A stretch of DNA of 63,886 nucleotides, the filler included, from Asterionella formosa (Eukaryota): assembly GCA_002256025.1 (NCBI GenBank). It is 7 parts of 7 records of this genome, joined end to end, with 100 filler letters (N's around TTAATTAATTAA, not from the genome) between each part and the next. Parts side by side here need not be neighbours in the genome. Positions count along the whole stretch, not along the records: positions 27,534 to 54,958 come from NKIB01001495.1; 6 more parts are not named here. One strand, written 5' to 3'. The notes beneath the pieces are model-generated. The model was not told the DNA's origin. It worked only from the letters and a program-made list of their open reading frames with translations, and did no database searches. Below, one piece after another: positions 36,825 through 48,413 of this stretch. Positions within the stretch are counted from its first letter, which is position 1. The number at the start of each line of letters is the position of its first letter. The position numbers were made by a program, and so were the translations under genes.

Positions 36825-39527
36825 CAAGGCTAAGGTTGATAAGTCACAGAAGGAGTTTGTTTGCTTCTACCGGTAGCCATGTCAAAGGGGCCTCGGTTCA
36901 TGCATCGATTTATGACAGAACTGTGTGCGCCATTCCTACCGGTATGTGCATTCCTTTATTTTTTAATACATGAGCGATCGAGCCGTCATCGTCCCAAGGC
37001 GGCAGAGGATTTTTTATGCATGACGATGGTGCTACACTCTCACGAAAAACGACATTGAATTTTACAATTTCAATACTTAATTAGCTGGATTACGAATTTT
37101 GACTCTGACTCTCGGTACCTGGTACCGGTTTTTGTATTCCAAGTACCCCGGTATGTGGATTACTCGGAGGGCTCAAATATACAACAGTGCATAGGAGTTT
37201 GCACTGTTCTGATCTACCCTTTCTGGTTGGGCCATTCTTATCATTTTTCATTGCATATCACTTCATTTGAAATTTTTGGAAAATGCATCAGCAATGGTAA
37301 CTCGACTTCAACTGAATTTCATTCATTTCAAACTTGACACTGTATCTCATCTGTATCACAGTGTATCATGGTATAACATGGATTGTTACCAGTGACAGGC
37401 CAGCAACAAACATATAAATATACCTGAGCAGTAATATGCATATGCATAGTAGCCTAAGAAAAAAGTAAACGGAATTTTATAACAAACATATCATGTGATG
37501 GAGCCTGTGTATTCATGCTACCAGTACCTGCTACTGGGAGACTGGTCAACATGTCTTCGTCAGCACATTGACCATGTGCGTTGATTATGGGCCATTTCTC
37601 CATTAAAATGTCAAACAAGTTGCTAAATCTATGATGTAAAAGAATATTCATCAATTCATAGGAATGCAAATAGAACTATTGATTTGTTCCAGAAACGACT
37701 AATGCTATGACTACCAATGCGACTACAGTACTGCAACACTATTATAATATGACAAAAGGGCTTGCAAAAGTGGTGTGAGGCTAGAATTTATATTATAGAC
37801 GCCATTAGATCAAGCAATTGCACCAGTGGTGTTTTCATGTTGTGCTGTGTTGCTGATTTTGATTTTATGGCGCAATCCACTGAATCAAAACTGATTACTG
37901 GTGGTAATTATTTGTTGATGTAGTAAGTGCTGCTGGTGGCGGCAACCCCCATGGTGAAAAGCTGGTTGACATGCCACATGGTGATGGGGACAAAGACTTG
38001 TTGGCGCAATTGGATGACTTGATTGCCCGTGTGCAGCATGATGTCTCTGAAGGTGTTAAGCAAGGATTGGGAAATATATGGTTCTGCTGCTCCATCTGTT
38101 CATTACGGAGATGCTATCCAGTGTACCAATAAGTTGTGCTGCTTCGATGAGTGTGAAGGATGCGACGGTGAGCCAGTGAGCTAAAATGGTGGTGCAGCCT
38201 CTCGTTTGTTGGTGGGTAGGCTGAGCAGGAGGAGTGTCCTGGAATTAAGTTGTTTTCCTATGATTCATCTGCAATGGTTGTAGTATGTAGTAAGAAGTTT
38301 TTTGTGGGAGAGCGGATCAGGATCCAGGTCATTGGGAAAACCTATACTAGTGTAAAGGGTTAGCTAGAATGCTGGTGTTGAGAGTGCAAATCATGTCCAC
38401 TGGTGACAAATGACCATCATGAATTGCTCCATTTGATTGCATAATAATAGTACCAAGGCAAAACAATGATATAACCAGTATATGTATTGTCTATGTNNNN
38501 NNNNNNNNNNNNNNNNNNNNNNNNNNNNNNNNNNNNNNNNNNNNNNNNNNNNNNNNNNNNNNNNNNNNNNNNNNNNNNNNNNNNNNNNNNNNNNNNNNNN
38601 NNNNNNNNNNNNNNNNNNNNNNNNNNNNNNNNNNNNNNNNNNNNNNNNNNNNNNNNNNNNNNNNNNNNNNNNNNNNNNNNNNNNNNNNNNNNNNNNNNNN
38701 NNNNNNNNNNNNNNNNNNNNNNNNNNNNNNNNNNNNNNNNNNNNNNNNNNNNNNNNNNNNNNNNNNNNNNNNNNNNNNNNNNNNNNNNNNNNNNNNNNNN
38801 NNNNNNNNNNNNNNNNNNNNNNNNNNNNNNNNNNNNNNNNNNNNNNNNNNNNNNNNNNNNNNNNNNNNNNNNNNNNNNNNNNNNNNNNNNNNNNNNNNNN
38901 NNNNNNNNNNNNNNNNNNNNNNNNNNNNNNNNNNNNNNNNNNNNNNNNNNNNNNNNNNNNNNNNNNNNNNNNNNNNNNNNNNNNNNNNNNNNNNNNNNNN
39001 NNNNNNNNNNNNNNNNNNNNNNNNNNNNNNNNNNNNNNNNNNNNNNNNNNNNNNNNNNNNNNNNNNNNNNNNNNNNNNNNNNNNNNNNNNNNTTTCCAGC
39101 ACTAAAAAACCGTTGAGATTTCAGATTTGAACTTCTTCCCGCTTCTTTTTCAATTCAAATAGCATCATGGGACGACACAAAAACCCCGCAATAACGAACA
39201 TCAACTGATATGCTACCATCCCACTTCATCCGTTGCTCGCGTTAAAGTGACCTAACCGCCGTTTAGACCTGTCGCTTCCCCCTCTTTTCCTTTAAAGTTC
39301 CGATTCACTTTATTGCCGTCAGCTTGCAAGTTCATTGCACAGACCAGACGAGCTCTGCTAACATACCACCGAGGTGCGACGACAAAAATCGTTATTCTGA
39401 GTCGGTATCTTGCTCCACAACCTTCGCCGTTACTTGGTTCCATTATTCGTAAACATCGGGAAACCGTTCGAATCCGTCCTTTTCCGGGAATTAATCAGCG
39501 TCCAACCAGGCTACAATAAAGTGCGCG

Positions 39528-41729
39528 ATGACGACTCCGTTTAAACCATCTCGACGCGTTGTGGCCCTCGGCAGATGCGATTCCAGTATGGGTGGTACGA
39601 CTCTCTTTGCTGGTGACTACGATGACAGTAATGATGAACCTATGACCACTGAAGACATTGAATCACCGCCTCGATCTTCACTCAATCAGCCTCAACGTTT
39701 TTACAATCACGCATTTGACTACATTTCCCAGGGGCAGCAAGCAGACCGCCCGAAACGATACACCGTTCGTCAACAACCTCGTGGCTTCTCTCCCGATGCA
39801 GCACGAAACTGCAGCACTGATGGTAGCCCATCTTCCAACTCTGTGTATGATGACACTGTCCTTCGTCCGCTTGATATGAACATGAACAACTCATCGCCAC
39901 CACAGAGGCGAAAACGAGCCGGTGAAGGGCATCCCATGGGACGAGAGGAGTTCGCTTCGCGTGAAGGCGACGACATGTTCATCTCACCAAGACCTGAAGC
40001 ATATCGTACAATGGATGGTCGGACTGTAACGTCCAGAAACCCTTTCTCGCCTTACACTCCTGATTGCGATATCATGGATGAAGGAGACAGTGACATGACG
40101 GCGGCTCCCGTCTTTCCGATGTCGCTTTATGGAGGAGGAAGTGCCAATAGTCATTCAAGCAACGACCAAACTCCCTCATTACATGCAAGCGTTCAAAAGG
40201 GCCAATCGCTAGTTCAACAACGTCCGTTGAAGATTAACTTGCAGCGAAGAGATAATACTGGAATAAGTCCATTCAAAAATCATACCAGTTTCTTTCCTGA
40301 TCAGCATTATGAGGGTGCCGGCTTCCCTGCTCGTGAAGGACAGTTCTCCTTTACGGGTTCTCCTATTTCAGAAGTTGATTATTGCGAGCATCAAAGCACT
40401 GGTAGTGGCAGTTCATGCATGGGTAGCAAAGTGCGAAAGCTGTACATCGATGGCGATAGCGCCAGTGAGTGTCACCGTGCCCATGGGCTGTTTGTCGACA
40501 CAGGAAAGGCCATCCGCGACTCCAAAATCCCCCGGGATGAAATAAGCCCAACCGATGTTTTTTCCTTCCCCCCTCCTACGCCCACCAAAATGGCTCGTCC
40601 ACGGTACACGCCAGGCCCCCCTCATACCCCAATGACAGAGCGGCGCTCACGTAGGTCGGAGTGGGACGACGATGATGAAATGAACCCTATCGTTTCATCG
40701 TCGTCCAAGCAGCCCATTTCTCGATTCAGCCAAGACTTCGACATTATTGGACAGCTTGGGAATGGCTCCTTTGGAACTGTTTACAAGTGCCTGTCCCGCC
40801 TGGACGGGTGCATGTACGCCATCAAGGCTGCCAAACGAAAGGCTAAGGGTGTGGCTGATCGGGATCGGATGCTAAAGGAAGTTTACGCGCTAGCTGCATT
40901 GTCCGACCAAGCCGATTTTGCAGCATTTCACATTGTCAGATATCATCAAGCATGGATGGAGGAGAATCGTTTGTATATTCAGACTGAGCTGTGCTCATCT
41001 ACACTATTAGTGGAGATGTCACGTGGGATCATCAAACACGAGAAACGTCGATATAAGTTGATGCGGGAAATCTTGCTTGCGTTGGAATTCATCCATCGCA
41101 ATGGAATGGTCCATCTTGACATCAAACCTGAAAATATTTTTGTCAAGAACGATCAATTCAAGCTAGGAGACTTTGGACTTGTTAGCAAAACATCCAATGG
41201 TGGAGACGTTGAAGAAGGCGATAGTCGGTATATGTCGTTGGAGCTGCTGGGTGGCGATCACTCAGACCTTACCAAGGTAAGGATTTATGTCGTGCCAATC
41301 CCTTTTAGGTCTCAATTGATCAGTGTACTCATATCATTCGTTTCATCTGTTCTGCAGAGTGATATTTTTTCTTTTGGTGCCACAATGTATGAGATCTGCT
41401 TGGAACGACAACTTCCCACTGATGGTCAAGAATGGCAAGAAATCCGGCATGGACTACTCCAGCCTCTCCAGAACACTCCTGTGGAAATGGAAGCATTTAT
41501 CAAAGAAATGATGAACCAGCAACCCGACAGTCGACCACGCCCTGCTGACTTGCTAAAAAAAAGAGAGTTGTTAAGTATGGAGCAGAAACAACTCATTGCT
41601 GAAAAACACAAGGTCTTGGAAGCCAACATGGCCCTAGCCTTGCAAACGCAGCGAATGAAAAAATTTACCCCTCCCAGAGGCCGGGGACTAATTCGTGCAA
41701 ACACTTGGACTGGCGATACTGCATGGTAG
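39528..41729 (+). CDS. WEE1: Wee1-like protein kinase (2 exons, ~706 aa)
   Basis: GNGSFG, RLDGCMYAIK, KEVYALAAL, HIVRYHQAW, HLDIKPENIF and the Wee1 signature EEGDSRY. The in-frame 81-nt intron 41277-41357 restores LTKSDIFS. SP/TP-rich N-terminus. Confidence 0.93.
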   Translation: MTTPFKPSRRVVALGRCDSSMGGTTLFAGDYDDSNDEPMTTEDIESPPRSSLNQPQRFYNHAFDYISQGQQADRPKRYTVRQQPRGFSPDAARNCSTDGSPSSNSVYDDTVLRPLDMNMNNSSPPQRRKRAGEGHPMGREEFASREGDDMFISPRPEAYRTMDGRTVTSRNPFSPYTPDCDIMDEGDSDMTAAPVFPMSLYGGGSANSHSSNDQTPSLHASVQKGQSLVQQRPLKINLQRRDNTGISPFKNHTSFFPDQHYEGAGFPAREGQFSFTGSPISEVDYCEHQSTGSGSSCMGSKVRKLYIDGDSASECHRAHGLFVDTGKAIRDSKIPRDEISPTDVFSFPPPTPTKMARPRYTPGPPHTPMTERRSRRSEWDDDDEMNPIVSSSSKQPISRFSQDFDIIGQLGNGSFGTVYKCLSRLDGCMYAIKAAKRKAKGVADRDRMLKEVYALAALSDQADFAAFHIVRYHQAWMEENRLYIQTELCSSTLLVEMSRGIIKHEKRRYKLMREILLALEFIHRNGMVHLDIKPENIFVKNDQFKLGDFGLVSKTSNGGDVEEGDSRYMSLELLGGDHSDLTKVRIYVVPIPFRSQLISVLISFVSSVLQSDIFSFGATMYEICLERQLPTDGQEWQEIRHGLLQPLQNTPVEMEAFIKEMMNQQPDSRPRPADLLKKRELLSMEQKQLIAEKHKVLEANMALALQTQRMKKFTPPRGRGLIRANTWTGDTAW

Positions 41730-42235
41730 ATTGCAAATAATGTACTTATCAACGTTGGACCACTTCTTGCCCATGTTAGAAGAATAAAACACCGCTAGTG
41801 CGCTACAATATTCTATATGTATACTTCTTTCTTCCTAGATTATCGAATCTGAACGACAGTTGCCAGTCTGTTCTACATTGAGCTGCTCGACACCACAACG
41901 TTGTTGTTGCCATCTCGTAGCGGTTCACGACTAGATATGACAACCCATTCACAGTCTATGCCTTCCGGGACCAGGTAATTCTTAAGTCGTAAGCAGACAA
42001 TGGCTGGCAGAATGTACTGGATAAGGCCAACACCCGATTTACCGCTGACAACCAAAGGGAACATAAGCCAACAGTCTCGATACATTTCAACATGACCCAG
42101 CCAAAGGACCCAAGCACACCACAACTAACTGGTTGACAAGCAGATAGTTGGATTATGAGCTCCACTTTTTAACTAAATATTAACGCTAGTTCTTAGGGCC
42201 CTTCATGGAAGATGAAGACCTTGCCTGACTGGAAA

Positions 42236-44602
42236 CTAGCAGACTATCGAGGGTCCTGGTACAATCTTCACGCATGTCTTTGACCTCAAAGGTATACAGT
42301 AGATACAGCCGTCCAGTCCCAGTACTCCTCCTTCAAACTTATCTTTCACACCAATCATATCTTCGCCACACGACATAAGATCCACGTGATCAGTGGAGGG
42401 ATCAATTCGAAGAATCCCAATTGCTCGCTGAGGAATACCGTACAAATGCCCATCTCGGGCTGCAAATCCATTCTGGAACTTGTTCTCACCATCTAACAGC
42501 AGTGGCCCTACGAGCTCCAATTCATCCGTCGAAGTATTGATTTTGAGGACGCGTTCAGCATCACATGGAAATAAGTAAGCATACTTGGAATCTAAAGTAA
42601 GCGCACCACCCAGATATTTGTAGCGGCCATCTTGAGGAATGCGATGACGTCCACTCTGCAAGACTCCAGCATCACCAACTGTGTAAACTCTTTGCTCCTT
42701 CACATTAACCACAAGGATTTCATCTGAATTATTGGGGAAACCATAAATCTTGTCGCCTGCCGCCAATCCCCCGTGCCACTTCCATTGTCCAGAAGCCAAT
42801 GGCTGACCACCTTCTTGTAACATGATTGTACACTCGTCGTTTCTTGGATCTATCTTGAGAACGCCTGTTTCATTGTGAGGGATACCATATACACAACCAT
42901 CACTTCCGATGATTCCACCAAACCATTTTTGTCTTCCGTGCCCGAATGACGGTCCGATCAAACTTACTTGCTCTGTTTTAGGGCAAATTTTTATCACATG
43001 ACTTGCGTTAGCCGGAATGGCATAGACAAAGCCGTTGAAGGCCAAATTGCCGCCATGGTAGTACCACCCAGTGTTACCAGTTTCTTTAATAACCTGGTCA
43101 CCGAAAACAGAAACTTGATTCGTCGCTGGGTTGATCTTGAGAATTGTCAATGCATTGGAAGTAAGGGCAAGGCAGCAGCCACTTGGATAGTCAAGCGAAT
43201 TCAAAGCCTTCGCAGGAATCTCGACTCCTCGTAACCACTTAAAGTCACCATCATATGTTGGCCCAATCCAATCCATATTGTTCGCTTCAGTGTGAATCCG
43301 CAATACCCTTTTGGCGCTCCCCGGGACGCCATAAATGTAGGTTCCGCATGGTGATGCCATGCCTCCCATGTATTTGTCTTGACCCACTAGATTTCCGTCC
43401 GTCGTGGATGAAATGAATTCTAATGTTGCCTCGCACTTTCGTACAAGTGGTTGCGTTGGAAGCGAGCATGGAAGGAAACGTACGCCTCGTATCATAGCTC
43501 GATTTATTTCTTTTTCCAATTCTTCTGGTGTCGCCGTATACGGGAGGAGACCATAAAGCTCTGCAAGTCGCTGGGTAACGAGCGGTGGACTGGTCCTATA
43601 TGCCATTCTATGATGAGGATTCTGTTGCTTGTGGGAATGCCAACTCTCGATATGGGGGCGATGATCTCCAGTTCGACGTTGCTTGTAGGCGTTGATTTTT
43701 TCCAATAGAATGGTACTGGGAGTCAGGGACGCTGGCTGCATGCTGGCATAAACAACTGCCCGAAATCGAGGAGTTTGACTAGTGGGCGGAATCGCTGCAT
43801 GTACTAAGTCGGAACGCCAAATGATCAAGTCACCTTTGGAGAGAAATATTCGTTTAGGCTCTAGATCGTAGTATTCCTTCAATCGTATCACTTCATCATC
43901 AGTTAATGGAACCCAAGCAAATTGTCCTCGATAAATATCTTGCGTCAGGTTATAGTGCACGTGACTATGCGATTTCGGATAGCAAAGAAAGCATCCATCC
44001 AAATCTTCTTCTTGGTCCTCTAAGGCGACCAAAGATTGAATAGTATGTAAGCCTCTGACATTGTGTGATTGATCATAGTGTTCCCCAAGCGAGTTCGGTT
44101 GCTTCTCTCCGCACACCATGGGTGCTTTTTTAATTCCTTCTAGCCATGAGTTCGGTGCATCTATAGTTGGTCTATGGAAAGTGAACCCTTCCTTGGAACA
44201 ATGCAGCTCGCGAGTTTGATAAAGAGGCTCAAATACTCGTTCCGCTAGCTTTTCCCGCACTGGCCCATTCACCCACCCAGCTCCGTTTGACTGAAACATG
44301 TCAGAAAAGGACTTGTACCCAGTATGAGGCCACGGATCTTCGTTGTCGTCCACTGGGTACCACGATGTGGGATCGCAGCGGCTCACATATCCACCGCTCG
44401 AGTCCTCGACAAAATTCCAAATAGATTCTATTGCCTCATGACATTCAGCGTGGGATAGAACAGACTTTACCACGCAATATCCATCCGATATGAGCGCCTC
44501 TCGAACGTGAGCGAGCGGTGAGGTCTCCGGGATGTAATCAAGGAGAGGATCGGAGAATACGTTGTCCTCATCTACAATTAATTGGTTTTGTACGAGTTGC
44601 AT
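42236..44602 (-). CDS. PhyH-like 2OG-Fe(II) dioxygenase fused to a beta-propeller-type repeat domain
   Basis: DGYCVVKSVL, HYDQ (HxD) and GDLIIWRSDLVH in the N-terminal half. About seven GG...GxxYGIP...VLKI repeats in the C-terminal half. Confidence 0.75.
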   Translation of the reverse strand: MQLVQNQLIVDEDNVFSDPLLDYIPETSPLAHVREALISDGYCVVKSVLSHAECHEAIESIWNFVEDSSGGYVSRCDPTSWYPVDDNEDPWPHTGYKSFSDMFQSNGAGWVNGPVREKLAERVFEPLYQTRELHCSKEGFTFHRPTIDAPNSWLEGIKKAPMVCGEKQPNSLGEHYDQSHNVRGLHTIQSLVALEDQEEDLDGCFLCYPKSHSHVHYNLTQDIYRGQFAWVPLTDDEVIRLKEYYDLEPKRIFLSKGDLIIWRSDLVHAAIPPTSQTPRFRAVVYASMQPASLTPSTILLEKINAYKQRRTGDHRPHIESWHSHKQQNPHHRMAYRTSPPLVTQRLAELYGLLPYTATPEELEKEINRAMIRGVRFLPCSLPTQPLVRKCEATLEFISSTTDGNLVGQDKYMGGMASPCGTYIYGVPGSAKRVLRIHTEANNMDWIGPTYDGDFKWLRGVEIPAKALNSLDYPSGCCLALTSNALTILKINPATNQVSVFGDQVIKETGNTGWYYHGGNLAFNGFVYAIPANASHVIKICPKTEQVSLIGPSFGHGRQKWFGGIIGSDGCVYGIPHNETGVLKIDPRNDECTIMLQEGGQPLASGQWKWHGGLAAGDKIYGFPNNSDEILVVNVKEQRVYTVGDAGVLQSGRHRIPQDGRYKYLGGALTLDSKYAYLFPCDAERVLKINTSTDELELVGPLLLDGENKFQNGFAARDGHLYGIPQRAIGILRIDPSTDHVDLMSCGEDMIGVKDKFEGGVLGLDGCIYCIPLRSKTCVKIVPGPSIVC

Positions 44603-45204
44603 ACCAACAGAACATATATTGTTAAAATGATGGTCGGGTGAGAGGTTCGATCAGCCAGCTAGTTGGAGTACAATTCAAGCAACAATGACAAAAATGTAAG
44701 AATGAAGAGTGTAGTGAGACTGCACAAGCGTGACAACGGACTGCGGACTAAAATATCCATCATTGATCAAGGCAGGACAACACACATCATCAGGCATTTC
44801 TCTTCCAGCCATTTATTTAATAGAGGAGTTATTCCATCAATCATGCTAATGTTGCTGCAGATGTTTTGGTCCAGCATAACTAGTCATCAACAGCAGAAAT
44901 CTCATAGACTATTGCAAAGGTACTGCTGGCTGGCTGACTCTGTGATGATTGGTTGATGGAAATGCTTGGGTATTTGAGCAAATGGCTGAGTGGCAAAGCA
45001 TGTTGCCTTTGATCTGAAGTTATGTGGTTCAATTCCTGCATTTTTTGAGAAGCAATTATTGGGTTTGATTCCCACACTCCTTACCATCCTGCACAGTCTA
45101 GCCTGGTTTGCAAGAAAAAGTGTGTTGTCCCATGCAGGCATCTTGTGCCACCTTTCTAGGCAGTTGGAATTTCCCCAACCACTGTGGTTGAGGTGAGTAC
45201 CATA

Positions 45205-45930
45205 TACTTCAGTGTCCTGGACCCCCAATGTACACTGTTGTGAGTGAATTTGACCAATAGGTTGAGATTTCCCTCATANNNNNNNNNNNNNNNNNNNNNN
45301 NNNNNNNNNNNNNNNNNNNNNNNNNNNNNNNNNNNNNNNNNNNNNNNNNNNNNNNNNNNNNNNNNNNNNNNNNNNNNNNNNNNNNNNNNNNNNNNNNNNN
45401 NNNNNNNNNNNNNNNNNNNNNNNNNNNNNNNNNNNNNNNNNNNNNNNNNNNNNNNNNNNNNNNNNNNNNNNNNNNNNNNNNNNNNNNNNNNNNNNNNNNN
45501 NNNNNNNNNNNNNNNNNNNNNNNNNNNNNNNNNNNNNNNNNNNNNNNNNNNNNNNNNNNNNNNNNNNNNNNNNNNNNNNNNNNNNNNNNNNNNNNNNNNN
45601 NNNNNNNNNNNNNNNNNNNNNNNNNNNNNNNNNNNNNNNNNNNNNNNNNNNNNNNNNNNNNNNNNNNNNNNNNNNNNNNNNNNNNNNNNNNNNNNNNNNN
45701 NNNNNNNNNNNNNNNNNNNNNNNNNNNNNNNNNNNNNNNNNNNNNNNNNNNNNNNNNNNNNNNNNNNNNNNNNNNNNNNNNNNNNNNNNNNNNNNNNNNN
45801 NNNNNNNNNNNNNNNNNNNNNNNNNNNNNNNNNNNNNNNNNNNNNNNNNNNNNNNNNNNNNNNNNNNNNNNNNNNNNNNNGTTAGGTACCACCTTGAGAA
45901 AATGTACAGGGTGTCCAGGACACTGAAGTA
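45205..45930. mobile_element. MITE family A copy 2 (interior mostly an assembly gap)
   Basis: TA|TACTTCAGTGTCCTGGACCCCC at 45203 and GTCCAGGACACTGAAGTA|TA ending at 45932. The TIR differs from copy 1 at one position (G vs T), mirrored at both ends. Confidence 0.85.
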
Positions 45931-46054
45931 TACAGTACCTCTCTGGAGACTCACCTATGCTAACAAAAGCAGGCTGTTATTTGACCAGGACACTGAAGTA
46001 TACAGTACCTCTCTGGAGACTCACCTATGCTATCAAAAGCAGGCTGTTATTTGA
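45915..46054. repeat. 70-bp tandem duplication covering the MITE right end and flank
   Basis: ccaggacactgaagtatacagtacc...aggctgttatttga at 45915 and 45985, with one mismatch. Confidence 0.9.
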
Positions 46055-46709
46055 CAATCCAAGTGTAAATACAATGTCTAAGAAAGCTTGTTGTAATTTA
46101 GAAAATCCTTGGGTATGCCAAGATGTTGATTCATGTGTAACTCAATGACAACTCATGGGCAGTCTCATGATAATCACTTGACATGAACATGGAGAGAGTG
46201 ATCTTGTCCTGTTGGTCAACATGAAGGGGGCGAATCATGCTTACCCTTGAAGTCAAAATCCATGATACAACCATTTTGGTTGGGTTGTGAAGTGTAGCAT
46301 GTCGGGGGGGGCCTGTTCAAAGTGCACGACCGGGAAACAAGAGGGAATGATTTCTCGTCTCAGCTCTTCGCCACAGCGTCTTCACTCTCGTGTCGACACC
46401 GATCTTCTCGCGGAGTCCGGTAGTGCTATGAATTGTCATCACAGGTGATGTTGATTTCTTATTTGAGTAAGTCAAATAAGGGTGTGTACTAAATAGAGAT
46501 TCTATATGAGTACAGTCATGTCTTGCAGTATACTTGAGGGCAAGAGCCTGTTTGTTCGGGGACAAAAATTTTTAAGAAGCAAGGGTGACCAGAAGAAATA
46601 TGCAGTTTCTGGAGTGGAATAAGAGCCACCCAAACTCTAAAAGTTTGGACTAGGAGGGATTTTATCCCCTTCAATTAATCTGACATACCGCGTCCTGATT
46701 CTGTCGACC

Positions 46710-48413
46710 ATGGCGTATTCGTTTGGAGCAACCGCACCAGCTCCTTCCGGTGGCAACGGCTTTTCCTTTGGTAATGCTAGCACTCCTGCACCAGCTTCTG
46801 GTGCTTTTGGCTTTGGATCTCCAGCTCCAACGCCTGGAGGATTCGGATTCGGAACGGCGGCTCCTTCCGCGTTCGGAGCAAAGCCGATGTTCGGAAGTTC
46901 CCCAGCACCGACTGGGGGTTTCTTCGGAAACCCTTCCGGTCCAGCCTCTGGAGGGTTTGGATTAGGAAGCCCTTCTTTGAATCAAGGAGGGGGGATGTCT
47001 GGCGCGCCGGCACCATCCGCCTTTGGATATACTCCTCCCTCTGGAAGCTTCGGAATACCGTCTAACTCTGGAGCTCCTGTAGCTCCAGAAATTTCATCTC
47101 AAACTTCGTACTCTGATCTCAATGCGGCAGCCAAGCAAGCCATTGATGCAATTCATGAACAAATATTGAGGCACCGACGGAGTATGATGCAAGTAGAGTG
47201 TATGGGTCCAGCACTGTTGCGGGATGTTAAACCTGGGGATGTTGCTGCTGGAATGACTCTCCCTTTGAAGGATCAACTTGTAAATTTGAATAATAATATT
47301 ATGCAATTAAATGATCAGGTAAGCGAGTGTGGAAATGAAGCTGTATCATTGAAACGTCAGTTTGAAGGATCTACAACCCAGTCAGTGATGTACGGGGTTT
47401 GGCCAATTGAAGCTTTAGCAGCAAGGCGAGGTGTCAAGTTATCTACCGTCGACGCGACAAAGACGGACCCAACTGTTCAGGAGCAACTCAGAAAGCAATT
47501 GGATTTGCAAACTGCATATGTCGATCGAATTGAGAAGATTCCCAGTCCATATATGTGGCAACAGCTCGCAGATATGGAACGGCGCTCAACAGAACTGACT
47601 CACATGATTCAGTCTCTGAAGCAGCAATTGGACATGTCACGAAAAATTAATGATGTTGGTATTGCATCGGTCGTTCAGAATCAGACTGAATTTCTCCAGA
47701 GAGTTTATTTTGAACTGATTCAAGTCCATGGCTCTATGGAGGGATTGCGTGCGAAATACAATCAATGGGAACGAGGACCGAACGTCTTGGACGAGGCCAG
47801 AATAGAAGAGGAAGTGCAACGTCGACGAATTGAGGAGCAAGTTAAGATTGATTACATCAAAGCCGCACACACTCAGAACAGCACTGCACCGACCCCAGGA
47901 GCCCCTTCACCTGCCCCCAATGGATTATTTGGTGACAAGCCTTCAACTGGATTATTTGGAAGTACTCCAGCTCCTACCCCAGTAGGTGGTAGTTTGTTTG
48001 CGAACACTCCGGCTCCTACCCCAGCAGGTGGTAGTTTGTTTGGGAACGCACCAGCTCCTACCCCAGCAGGTGGTAGCTTGTTTGGGAATGCACCAGCTAC
48101 CAATCCAGTGGGCGGTAGCTTGTTTGGGAACACACCAGCTCCTACAACAGCAGGTGGTGGTTTGTTTGGGAACACACCAGCTCCTGCTGCCCCCGCGCCT
48201 GGTGGTCTATTTGGATCTACCCCGGCTCCGGCCAGTACTGGATTGTTTGGTACAGCCAGTACAGGAGGCGTTCCTGCTCCTCCTACTTTTGGGGCACCCC
48301 CTGCCTTTGGATCAACACCTGACACTGGAGCATTTGGTTTGTCGGGTGGGTTTGGTTCAAGTACAGCAAAAGCCAAAAAAACGTCGACATCGTCTTCTCG
48401 TCGACGAAAGTAA
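46710..48413 (+). CDS. NUP58: FG nucleoporin Nup58/Nup49-like
   Basis: FG repeats at both ends (GFGFG; GGSLFGNTPAPT repeats) around a helical core containing IPSPYMWQQLADME, with a basic tail SRRRK. Confidence 0.75.
   Translation: MAYSFGATAPAPSGGNGFSFGNASTPAPASGAFGFGSPAPTPGGFGFGTAAPSAFGAKPMFGSSPAPTGGFFGNPSGPASGGFGLGSPSLNQGGGMSGAPAPSAFGYTPPSGSFGIPSNSGAPVAPEISSQTSYSDLNAAAKQAIDAIHEQILRHRRSMMQVECMGPALLRDVKPGDVAAGMTLPLKDQLVNLNNNIMQLNDQVSECGNEAVSLKRQFEGSTTQSVMYGVWPIEALAARRGVKLSTVDATKTDPTVQEQLRKQLDLQTAYVDRIEKIPSPYMWQQLADMERRSTELTHMIQSLKQQLDMSRKINDVGIASVVQNQTEFLQRVYFELIQVHGSMEGLRAKYNQWERGPNVLDEARIEEEVQRRRIEEQVKIDYIKAAHTQNSTAPTPGAPSPAPNGLFGDKPSTGLFGSTPAPTPVGGSLFANTPAPTPAGGSLFGNAPAPTPAGGSLFGNAPATNPVGGSLFGNTPAPTTAGGGLFGNTPAPAAPAPGGLFGSTPAPASTGLFGTASTGGVPAPPTFGAPPAFGSTPDTGAFGLSGGFGSSTAKAKKTSTSSSRRRK

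Noticed and set aside
38482..39116. ORFs spanning the N gaps (also 45209-45954)
   Set aside because: They are open only because of unknown bases.
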